18,884 nt of DNA from an uncultured Alphaproteobacteria bacterium (GCA_944392815.1 CALXXY010000010.1:1-18884); one strand, 5' to 3'. Shown: positions 7,478 through 15,448, counted from the first letter of the stretch. A program made the numbers and translations. Notes: generated by a model from the sequence alone, not told the origin.

Positions 7478-9025
7478 TTATTTTACGCCAACAATTTCCG
7501 CGTCCGCAAACAAATCCATTGCGCTGGCCACCAATGGATCAGATTCTAATTCTTCTTTTTTCTGTTCAGTAATGGTGTGCGCATGCGGTGATTCCGTCAT
7601 GCGTTCCAATGTCCATGCATGCCCAGTTTTATTTTCCAGCCACACCGACAATTTATGCGCAAAATCGGCATCGCCCCGTCTGTCATAATATTTAATGGTG
7701 TTGTTGGAAATTTCGACAACCTCCAGATTGCTGGTATAGTACGAATACAGCAAAATTTCTTTGGAATGTTGCAACGCGTTTGCCAAATCATTTGCGTTGT
7801 TGATTTCCAACATTTGCGTGTTTTGCTGTGTTGCTGCCGCGGGCGCAGCGACTGGGGCTGGCGCAGATTGTGGCGCATTTGATTGCTGTTGTTTTAATAT
7901 ATCCGCCACAGATGGCATATCGGCAATATGCATCAAACGTATAACCAACATATCAAAGCATTGCTTTTGATTTCCAGACGCCTGCATTTCAGGCACGGCC
8001 GCCACCATAACCTGCCATATGCGTGACAGAGTATTCAGTGACACACGTGCATCGATTTTTGCAATTTGTTCACGTTGATCCGCGGTATATGGGGAATTAG
8101 TCACCTGGCCGGCGCGAATGGCCGGGTGCATACGCGTTGCCCAATGTGTCCATTCCATCATATCGGTCAACAGCATGGACAAATCGGCACCATTATTGTA
8201 AATTTCGTCCACTTTGGCCAATGCCGCGGCCGTATCCCCGGACAATAAAGTTTCCATAAAGCCAACAACAACCCCGCGGTCGGCGCGCTTTAACATGGCC
8301 AACACCGCCGCTTCGTCAACATGCCCGCCCGTTTGCGCAATTGCCTGGTCCAACAAAGACAATCCGTCACGCACAGACCCATCGGCCGCCCGCGCCAGCA
8401 ATTCATTTGCGCCATCGGTTAATTCAATTTTTTCCTGTTCGGCAATCCATGCGAAATGCTTTTTCAGTGTTTCCACAGGCACACGCACCAAATCAAAACG
8501 TTGGCACCGAGATAAAATAGTGACCGGTACTTTGCGTATTTCGGTTGTCGCCAAAATGAACACGACGTGTTCTGGTGGTTCCTCGAGTGTTTTCAGCAAC
8601 GCATTAAACGCCGGCACGGATAACATGTGCGCTTCGTCGATAATGTAAATTTTATAACGTCCATTTGTCGGGCGATATTGCGCAGTATCCAAAATATCAC
8701 GCATATTATCCACGCCCGTATGTGACGCAGCGTCGATTTCCATAACGTCAATATGTTGGCCGGCTGCAATTGCGCGACAGTTTTCGCACACGCCGCATGG
8801 CGTTGCCGTTGGGCCATCGGACGATAAACAGTTTAATGCCTTGGCCAATATGCGGGCGGTACTGGTTTTCCCAGTTCCACGAATGCCGGTAAAAATATAC
8901 GCGTGTGCAATGCGGCCGGTATTGATTGCGGTGGTCAAAGTTTTGACCAACACGTCCTGGCCAATCAAAGAATTAAAATCCTGGCTGCGATACTTGCGTG
9001 CTAAAACTGTGTAATTGCTGTCCAT
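7478..9025 (-). CDS. dnaX: DNA polymerase III subunit gamma/tau
   Basis: LARKYR, Walker A GIRGTGKT, Zn motif C...PCGVCENC, EIDAAS, IIDEAHML, NALLKTLEEPP, TILSRCQRF, GSVRDGLSLLDQ; AAGGAAG RBS before ATG 9025. Confidence 0.97.
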   Translation of the reverse strand: MDSNYTVLARKYRSQDFNSLIGQDVLVKTLTTAINTGRIAHAYIFTGIRGTGKTSTARILAKALNCLSSDGPTATPCGVCENCRAIAAGQHIDVMEIDAASHTGVDNMRDILDTAQYRPTNGRYKIYIIDEAHMLSVPAFNALLKTLEEPPEHVVFILATTEIRKVPVTILSRCQRFDLVRVPVETLKKHFAWIAEQEKIELTDGANELLARAADGSVRDGLSLLDQAIAQTGGHVDEAAVLAMLKRADRGVVVGFMETLLSGDTAAALAKVDEIYNNGADLSMLLTDMMEWTHWATRMHPAIRAGQVTNSPYTADQREQIAKIDARVSLNTLSRIWQVMVAAVPEMQASGNQKQCFDMLVIRLMHIADMPSVADILKQQQSNAPQSAPAPVAAPAAATQQNTQMLEINNANDLANALQHSKEILLYSYYTSNLEVVEISNNTIKYYDRRGDADFAHKLSVWLENKTGHAWTLERMTESPHAHTITEQKKEELESDPLVASAMDLFADAEIVGVK

Positions 9026-9048
9026 GGTGTAAACTTCCTTTTGGCCAC

Positions 9049-9076
9049 AGCATAGCAAAACACAGTAAAAATTCAA
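9049..9076 (-). promoter_or_regulatory. Putative sigma70 promoter of the dnaX-pilin-ompA unit
   Basis: Minus strand TTGAAT-16 nt-TATGCT, with TG extended -10. Confidence 0.45.
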
Positions 9077-9106
9077 GGGTTAAAGTTGCGCCCCCGCACG
9101 GAAAAA

Positions 9107-9415
9107 TTATTTTTCATTCATGATGAAATCAGGCAGTGTTGCGTCGTCTTCATCAGTTGTGTCCACTGCGTCAGCCGTATCGACAATTTCCTCTATATTT
9201 GGTGTTTTGTCGCCGCCCCCACGGGTGGAATCTATTTTGCCCTGTTCGGCATTAACAATGCGGCCATAATGTTCGGCGGCCTGCATTAAACGTTCGCGTT
9301 CAATTTCGTCGGACGTTTGGCGCGCCTGGTCCATGTATTGTTTTCTTTTCTGACGCCATTTATGACAGCGCTGAATCATCTGTCCTACGGACGATTGGTT
9401 TTTCTTGTTTTGCAT
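9107..9415 (-). CDS. DUF4167-like protein
   Basis: YMDQARQTSDEIERERLMQAAEHYGRIV matches the alphaproteobacterial DUF4167 'Q.AEHY.RI' motif; acidic tail. Start uncertain (9415 chosen). Confidence 0.7.
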   Translation of the reverse strand: MQNKKNQSSVGQMIQRCHKWRQKRKQYMDQARQTSDEIERERLMQAAEHYGRIVNAEQGKIDSTRGGGDKTPNIEEIVDTADAVDTTDEDDATLPDFIMNEK

Positions 9416-9490
9416 ATTCGTTTTATTTGTTTTTATAATCAGGAAATAATTCGGCAACGATTTTTAATTCGTTCCCATTCAACATCGCGA

Positions 9491-9542
9491 ATGATAAAGC
9501 ATCTTAAAACTGATTGCAATATTTTTTTTCAATTGCTATTAT
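9491..9542. promoter_or_regulatory. Symmetric bidirectional sigma70 promoter with shared palindromic -35 (TTGCAA)
   Basis: TTGCAA at 9514-9519. Plus strand: 17 nt, then TGcTATTAT (-10 at 9537-9542). Minus strand: 17 nt, then TATCAT (9491-9496). Confidence 0.55.
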
Positions 9543-9569
9543 CCTTCAGTGTAGGAGGGTGATTGAAAT

Positions 9570-10931
9570 TTGTCGCGTCAAAATGGAAACTTTTTACTGC
9601 AGGCATTATTGGCGCTGACGCTGATATTTTCATTTATCCCGTTTTTTGCCGGACGATTGGCTGCGCGTGATATGGATTCGCAAATGTATGCGTCCACCCA
9701 AAAAATCGAGGTTGCCCAAACAGCAGCGCGCATTTTTATCCGTGAACGTGCGAACGATTTGCCATATAACACAACGGTCGTGTCCGGCAATAATTTTTCT
9801 GATTTACTGGAATCATACGGATTGCCGTTGGGGTTTATTCCGCGTACCGCACTGGGCCAGGATATTTCCCTGGTTATAAACAAAACACCAATTGCAGTCA
9901 CGGCATATTTGCGGATATCGGGCGGCGATTTGTCGGCTGTCCAGTTGGCGGAATTGGCGCGTCGCGTTGGTTTTTATGCGACTGTGTCGGGGTCTGAAAT
10001 AAATGTTGGGTTGGCGTTGGACGCCGGGTATTCAGATGTTGTTCGCCGCAACGAAACAGATTTGGATAACAGTGCGTTTTTAACGGATTTGGACATGGGT
10101 GGTTTTTCTTTTACCAGGGGCGGACAAATATTCGCACGTCGCGGCGAATTTGATACGGCGCAATTTGGAACTTTATCAATCTTTGGTACCGAAGATGGCC
10201 GCAAAACGCGCAGTAATATCGAAGATATGGCCGCAAACATGGCCGTGTTTCAAAGTGGACTGGGTGAATCGGCGTTGTCATTAACGCGCGGTTCGTTATA
10301 TGTTGGTAATATTTCGGCGCGTACATTGTCTATGTTTGGCGACACGGGGAATTTTACATCAAATGCGGCCGCAGCATATGATTTTGCAATGACGGCCGGC
10401 CGCACGAGTTTTTCAGGTCCCCTGGAATGGACTGTTGGCGGTGACGTTATCAGTGAAAATATAAATTTCAGCGTTGAACGTTTGGATATCGAATCATATA
10501 TTGACGCGTCCCGTGGCCAGGACGTATACATTGACCCCGACGAATTATCTGTGTCGTCACGTACCGGTATTGAAACAGGCACATTAATTGCGTCAAATGT
10601 CACCATGCGCGACCAAACGTCCGACGCATTAAATAATGGCGAAACAGGTTTGGTGATTTTGGACATTCGCCCCGCTGGGACATCTGTGTTGCCCGATGTT
10701 TTGTTGGACACAATCAGCAATGACGGATTTAAAATTCTGGACGACCCGTCGGATTCGGGCGATAAAACGGTAAATTGTCGTGATATCATTGCCGAAATGG
10801 ATAATCACACGCGGTACAACGCGCGTTCTTTGGCACAGTATTTGGTGTGCCAATATGTGTTTTGGCAACGGTTGGAACAACGCATAGATATAAAACAATG
10901 TTTGTTGGACGGGCGCAGTGACTGTAAATAA
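9570..10931 (+). CDS. PilV(shufflon N-terminal)-like large minor pilin 1, non-canonical (Gln at +5)
   Basis: TTG start after an AGGAGGG RBS; MSRQNG|NFLLQALLALTLIF; PilV-constant-region-like AARIFI...LESYGLPLGF..RTALGQ and RRNETDLDNSAFLTDLDMGG; beta-rich stalk; four Cys in the C-terminal ~55 aa. Confidence 0.65.
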   Translation: MSRQNGNFLLQALLALTLIFSFIPFFAGRLAARDMDSQMYASTQKIEVAQTAARIFIRERANDLPYNTTVVSGNNFSDLLESYGLPLGFIPRTALGQDISLVINKTPIAVTAYLRISGGDLSAVQLAELARRVGFYATVSGSEINVGLALDAGYSDVVRRNETDLDNSAFLTDLDMGGFSFTRGGQIFARRGEFDTAQFGTLSIFGTEDGRKTRSNIEDMAANMAVFQSGLGESALSLTRGSLYVGNISARTLSMFGDTGNFTSNAAAAYDFAMTAGRTSFSGPLEWTVGGDVISENINFSVERLDIESYIDASRGQDVYIDPDELSVSSRTGIETGTLIASNVTMRDQTSDALNNGETGLVILDIRPAGTSVLPDVLLDTISNDGFKILDDPSDSGDKTVNCRDIIAEMDNHTRYNARSLAQYLVCQYVFWQRLEQRIDIKQCLLDGRSDCK

Positions 10932-10932
10932 A

Positions 10933-12123
10933 ATGAAATTTTTTTCAAATTCTGAACGTGGCGCCAGCATGTTGGAAGTTTTGCTGGCCATGGCGATTGT
11001 TGCCATGGCAACCCCGTTTTTATACAGTCAAATTGCAGATACCAATGATACATTGCGCGATATGGCTGTCGCGAATGAAATTACAGATTTGCGCGACCCG
11101 GTGTTGAATTTTGTCCGTTTGAATCAGGGCGATTGGCCGGCCACTGCGCAGATAAAATTATCAGACGACGAATTGAATGAAATATCCGAAATGCCAACCG
11201 CCGGATTCATAGATAAATATACAGTGCGTGGTGCTACTATGACGGACGTATATTTGGCATTTGATATTGATGACACAGAATTGCGCACCAATCAAATCGC
11301 GCGCCACATTGGTGCGGACGCGGCCGTTGTTGGTGCGGACGGCATTGCATACGGGCGTGCATGGGCGGTGGCGGCGCCTGATTTTAAACCCGGTGATTTG
11401 ATATACAGAATATCGCGCGACATATCGGGCCAGGATAAAACCCAATACCTGCACAGAACTGAAACAGGCGAAGAAAACCTGAACATGATGCTGCGTGATT
11501 TGAATATGAACAATAATCGCGTGTATGATGTTGGTGGCGTGTTGGCGGATTCCGCCGAAATACGTGGTGCGGCCGCCCAGTTTGTTGACACGCCCCGCCT
11601 GACGGCGGACACACTGTATTTTTCATCTGGCGCGAATTTGGACGGCGATGTGGCGAATTTTGGTTCTATGCGTGTGACGGGTGATATATCAGGATTTCGT
11701 AATATTTACGCCGATACATTAAACGGCCGCACATATACAACCCAGGGTCGAATAATAACCGATCGTGCCACGGTATTAAATTCCGTGAACGTGGGGAATA
11801 ATTTGGAATTAAAATCGGATTCTGCGCGCACCATCAGTGGATTTACTGGTATCACGGCACACACGGTATTAACATCGTATCTGTCAACCGAAGAAATTAT
11901 ATTCTATGATAATTTCGGCCTGACCGTATCGGGCGAATTGCTGTATTCGACAACTGTTCCAATCAGAATAGGGCGTTGGTCATTCCCGTCATACACGCCG
12001 CCCCAGTTTGCTGAATTGCACCTGGACAGGGCAACGGTGCCACCCGCCCCGTCTGCGTCTGAATTTGATGCGATTATGTCATCTGATTGGGAAACGGCCA
12101 GACCAGTGGAAATAACGCAATGA
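10933..12123 (+). CDS. PilV(shufflon N-terminal)-like large minor pilin 2
   Basis: ERG|ASMLEVLLAMAIVAM class III signal; AYGRAW and YLHRTETGEENLNMMLRDLNMNNNRV resemble the PilV constant-region 'LYR...LN.M.T.IDMG.N' motif; ATG 1 nt after the previous stop. Confidence 0.75.
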   Translation: MKFFSNSERGASMLEVLLAMAIVAMATPFLYSQIADTNDTLRDMAVANEITDLRDPVLNFVRLNQGDWPATAQIKLSDDELNEISEMPTAGFIDKYTVRGATMTDVYLAFDIDDTELRTNQIARHIGADAAVVGADGIAYGRAWAVAAPDFKPGDLIYRISRDISGQDKTQYLHRTETGEENLNMMLRDLNMNNNRVYDVGGVLADSAEIRGAAAQFVDTPRLTADTLYFSSGANLDGDVANFGSMRVTGDISGFRNIYADTLNGRTYTTQGRIITDRATVLNSVNVGNNLELKSDSARTISGFTGITAHTVLTSYLSTEEIIFYDNFGLTVSGELLYSTTVPIRIGRWSFPSYTPPQFAELHLDRATVPPAPSASEFDAIMSSDWETARPVEITQ

Positions 12124-13436
12124 AAAAATGGAACAGAATTTTTACAGGTCACAAATCGAATCAGCGTGGCGCAATGCTGGTTGAATTGCTGATGAGTGTT
12201 GCGTTGGCCGCAATCATAATGCCGTTTATTTTCCGATATCAGCAAAGCATTGCTGTCCGTGCCGAAAACATCGCAATCACGCGCGACATGTCGGAAATCC
12301 AGGACGCATTGGAACGCTATATTTTGGATAACCGCGAATTGTTGCTGAACACAGTCGGCCGTAATATCACGCGTGTTAATATGTCTGATTTGATTGAATA
12401 CGGATTGAACCCTGATTTATCAGATAATGACGATTATCAATTGCGCGTATTGAAATCAAACGATATCGACGACAGGGCCACTTTACAGGGTGTCATAGTT
12501 TTTTCGTCTGATGAAATTAATCCTATGCGCACACGCGAAATTGTGGCAATGGGCGGCGACGAAATGGGTTTTATCGAAGGCAACCGTGCATACGGCACAT
12601 TCGGTGCATGGCGTGCAGATACTTTGGATATGGGGCTGGACGTGACGGACGGCATTGTTGAAACCACATCGGTCAATCGTGATAATGCGTTGTATTTATA
12701 TCGCGTGCCAACGGATAATGCATCTGATGCGATGATGTTGTCGGGATTGAACCTGGGCGGGCACGATATAACGAACGCAGCGTTTTTTGACGCGTCATCT
12801 GCGGAATTTGGTGAAACATTGACCATGGGCGTTGCGGTTGCGGACGACGTAATTTTTCAAAATCGTACAACATTGGACAATTTGCTGAACGTGGCCAGTG
12901 CAACTGTATCGGGCATTTTATCATCAGATTCCAGAACGATGGAGGTTGCGCGTAATTTCTCTCTGGCGGATACAGGAAAATTCACCAGTTTAACAACAGG
13001 TGACCTGTATGTATCAAATATGACATTGGGGGGATTATCAATCAATTCGGATTTGGACGGCCCAGCATTGTTGAATGTGAATCGATCTGTTGATATGACG
13101 GGCGGCACAATTGACGCAATGTTCGTGACGGTTGGATTTGCAGGGTCAATAACACCACGCCTGGTTGTGTACGACAGAATCGAAGATTCCAATAACCCCG
13201 CATATTTTTGGGACCTGAATGCATCAGTTGCCAACATGTTCGACATTACTTTGCAAAATTTAACCGATTTGGCCCAGTTGGCGGTTGCCTATGAAAACGC
13301 GTCCAACACAGAATCAGGCAAAATATTCGGCGCGGTTGCCGCAAACAATAACGCCACAGTGTCTGATTACATGAACGCCATATCGGAAATCCAGGCGCGC
13401 GTGCGCGCAAAATATCGGTTGTTGAATTTGGAATAA
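12120..13436 (+). CDS. PilV(shufflon N-terminal)-like large minor pilin 3
   Basis: QRG|AMLVELLMSVALAAII class III signal; ALERYI...MSDLIEYGL, AYGTFGAW and YLYRVPTDNASDAMMLSGLNLGGHDITN; ATGA overlap with the previous gene. Confidence 0.78.
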   Translation: MKKWNRIFTGHKSNQRGAMLVELLMSVALAAIIMPFIFRYQQSIAVRAENIAITRDMSEIQDALERYILDNRELLLNTVGRNITRVNMSDLIEYGLNPDLSDNDDYQLRVLKSNDIDDRATLQGVIVFSSDEINPMRTREIVAMGGDEMGFIEGNRAYGTFGAWRADTLDMGLDVTDGIVETTSVNRDNALYLYRVPTDNASDAMMLSGLNLGGHDITNAAFFDASSAEFGETLTMGVAVADDVIFQNRTTLDNLLNVASATVSGILSSDSRTMEVARNFSLADTGKFTSLTTGDLYVSNMTLGGLSINSDLDGPALLNVNRSVDMTGGTIDAMFVTVGFAGSITPRLVVYDRIEDSNNPAYFWDLNASVANMFDITLQNLTDLAQLAVAYENASNTESGKIFGAVAANNNATVSDYMNAISEIQARVRAKYRLLNLE

Positions 13437-13456
13437 TTTGTGGTATAAAACATCAT

Positions 13457-13966
13457 ATGAAAACAGTATGTGATTTTTGCAAAACAGAATATTCATTGGA
13501 CGCGATTCCGACCGGACCGGTGAAATGCGCAGTGTGTGGTCATACCTGGGTTGTGCCACGTCCCCAGCGTCGTAATTCAATATTGGTATTCATTGCGGCA
13601 CTGTGCGCGTTAATGGCGGCGTGTGTGTTTGCGGTGGCGGTTATGTACAAACACAGGGTGACGGAAATTCAAACCCACCCGTTAATTGCGGAAATTGGCG
13701 ATATAACAACGGACGTTGACGACAGCGGTACAATGCACTTTGTGGTCAGTGGCCGCGTGGTTAATCGTTCAGACCAGATTTATGGTGTGCCCGGACTGGT
13801 TGTGATTTCATATGACGCAAATGGTGCGGTTATCGATAAACAGCGATTTTTACCGCCGGCAACTTTGTTGGACGCGGGCGACAATGCTGGATTTATGCAC
13901 ACTTTGTCCGTGCCGGTCGACAATGTTGAAAAAATAGCCGTCGAATTGGAAACCCAGGGGGACTGA
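13457..13966 (+). CDS. Zinc-ribbon (MJ0042-type) + TM + DUF3426-like protein, ZitP-like architecture
   Basis: CDFC-x16-CAVCGHTW zinc ribbon, TM helix (ILVFIAALCALMAACVFAVAVMY), then a beta-rich domain with VSGRVVN and VPGLVVISYDANG typical of DUF3426/FxLYD-like folds. Confidence 0.7.
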   Translation: MKTVCDFCKTEYSLDAIPTGPVKCAVCGHTWVVPRPQRRNSILVFIAALCALMAACVFAVAVMYKHRVTEIQTHPLIAEIGDITTDVDDSGTMHFVVSGRVVNRSDQIYGVPGLVVISYDANGAVIDKQRFLPPATLLDAGDNAGFMHTLSVPVDNVEKIAVELETQGD

Positions 13967-13967
13967 T

Positions 13968-14462
13968 ATGAAACGCATATTTACTGCTGTGATTTGTGGC
14001 GTTATGTTTATTGCCGGCGCATATGCAGCCGACGCCCCAACCCAGGGTGGCGGTGGTGACGCGCCCGCCCCACAACCACGCATCAGCATTTTTTCCACCA
14101 GCACCGATTGGCAGGCATTAACCGGCCTGCGTTATTCGGAATATCGTGGCGAATTCATTCCATCATCTGGAATTGTCGGACGTGGATTGGTGCTGTATTA
14201 TCTGGACGGATTTCCATGTTATGGCCTGGGCGAAGGGGTCCGTGTCTGGATTGGCCCCAATAATAAACACGAAGGCGAACTGCGCCTGGCGTGCATATAC
14301 GCCCCAACCGAAATAAAATTTACATGGCGCAACGCCGCCCGTGACGCAGACCAGGCACAAAGTACCGGCATTTTAACATGCCCGGTTGAATCGTCTGGCC
14401 GTGAATTAACCATAGATTTATCCGATTGTGAAAAGGGCCCCGATTGGGACGAATACAAATAA
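13968..14462 (+). CDS. Small secreted hypothetical protein
   Basis: Sec signal ending AYA|A, Gly/Pro linker, four Cys in the mature domain; GGGGG RBS; tightly packed between its neighbours. Confidence 0.7.
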   Translation: MKRIFTAVICGVMFIAGAYAADAPTQGGGGDAPAPQPRISIFSTSTDWQALTGLRYSEYRGEFIPSSGIVGRGLVLYYLDGFPCYGLGEGVRVWIGPNNKHEGELRLACIYAPTEIKFTWRNAARDADQAQSTGILTCPVESSGRELTIDLSDCEKGPDWDEYK

Positions 14463-15421
14463 TGACAGATACACGCCATTTTGTTGTTTCTGATGAATTC
14501 GCGTCTGTGCGTCTGGATAAATTTTTGGTCGCGCAAATTCCTGAATTGACCCGCAGTGAAATCCAACGTTGCACAGTCACACTGAATGACGCGCCGGCCA
14601 AATTTGGCGCACGTTTGCGGGTTGGGGATAAAATTGCCGTGACAATACCCGAACAAAAAACTTTTGTGGCGGCGGCCAATATCGCGTCCGATTTTGATCT
14701 GGATATTTTATTCGAAGACGATGATATAATCGTCATCAACAAACCGCGTGGCGTGGTTATGTACCCATCGGCCGGCAATAATACGGGCACACTGGTGCAA
14801 AACATATTGGCGCATACGCATTTGTCTGCGCTGGGGGGCGACGTGCGCCCAGGGGTTGTTCATCGCCTGGACAGGGATACCAGTGGCGTTATGGTGTTCG
14901 CCAAATCGGACGCAGCATTTCGCGGATTGGTAAAAATATTTTCTGCGCACGATTTGACCAGAAAATATATCGCGTTTGTTTGGGGCGTGCCGAATTGGGA
15001 CGGTGCGGACATTACAGGGAACATTGCGCGTTCATCACGCAATCGCCAAAAAATGAGCATGGTGAAATCAGGTGGCAAACCTGCGCACACAATTGTAAAC
15101 GTGGCGGACGTTTGGCCGCGCGCGGGCGTGTCGGAATTTCGCTGTACATTAATGACTGGGCGCACCCATCAAATTCGTGTGCATTTATCGGCGCATGGAT
15201 TTCCAGTTTTGTGCGACCCGCTGTATGGTCGTGCGTCAAATCGCATGGCGTCTGTGCGCGACGGGGAATTATTGGAATTTTTAAAAACACACAACGGACA
15301 AATGCTGCACGCGGAAATTTTGGATTTCACGCACCCTGTGACGGGCGAAAAACTGCATTTCAAAGCGCACATGCCGCCCGACATGGCCGAATTAAAATCG
15401 ATATTGGACGATATTGGATAA
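14462..15421 (+). CDS. rluD: RluA/RluD-family 23S rRNA pseudouridine synthase
   Basis: S4 domain RLDKFL, INKPRG, PGVVHRLDRDTSG, TGRTHQIRVHL, DPLYG, QMLHA..L.F.HP; TAATG stop/start overlap at 14460-14464. Confidence 0.9.
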   Translation: MTDTRHFVVSDEFASVRLDKFLVAQIPELTRSEIQRCTVTLNDAPAKFGARLRVGDKIAVTIPEQKTFVAAANIASDFDLDILFEDDDIIVINKPRGVVMYPSAGNNTGTLVQNILAHTHLSALGGDVRPGVVHRLDRDTSGVMVFAKSDAAFRGLVKIFSAHDLTRKYIAFVWGVPNWDGADITGNIARSSRNRQKMSMVKSGGKPAHTIVNVADVWPRAGVSEFRCTLMTGRTHQIRVHLSAHGFPVLCDPLYGRASNRMASVRDGELLEFLKTHNGQMLHAEILDFTHPVTGEKLHFKAHMPPDMAELKSILDDIG

Positions 15422-15448
15422 TCGGGGTATTTCGCCCCGAATTTTTTT
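15422..15448 (+). terminator. Intrinsic terminator after rluD
   Basis: TCGGGG-tatttcg-CCCCGA followed by ATTTTTTT. Confidence 0.75.

Noticed and set aside
7555-7562. Possible dnaX -1 frameshift site (GAAAAAAG on the minus strand)
   Set aside because: It reads CAG AAA AAA GAA, not the A AAA AAG phase used in E. coli, and lies ~25 codons from the end, so it would not yield a gamma subunit.
9026-9106. SRP RNA (ffs), often found upstream of dnaX
   Set aside because: The gap is only ~80 bp, is largely occupied by promoter and RBS, and lacks the SRP helix-8 motif.
9416-9569. CtrA box (TTAA-N7-TTAA) upstream of the pilin operon
   Set aside because: No correctly spaced pair found by eye.
11309-11341. 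12-bp direct repeat TTGGTGCGGACG
   Set aside because: It simply encodes GAD twice (IGADAAVVGADG) and is too short and isolated to be meaningful.
12705-12716. GTGCCAA resembling the start of an R64 shufflon sfx site
   Set aside because: A short match inside the constant-region-like coding sequence (YRVPT), with no paired inverted site or cassette seen and no rci gene.
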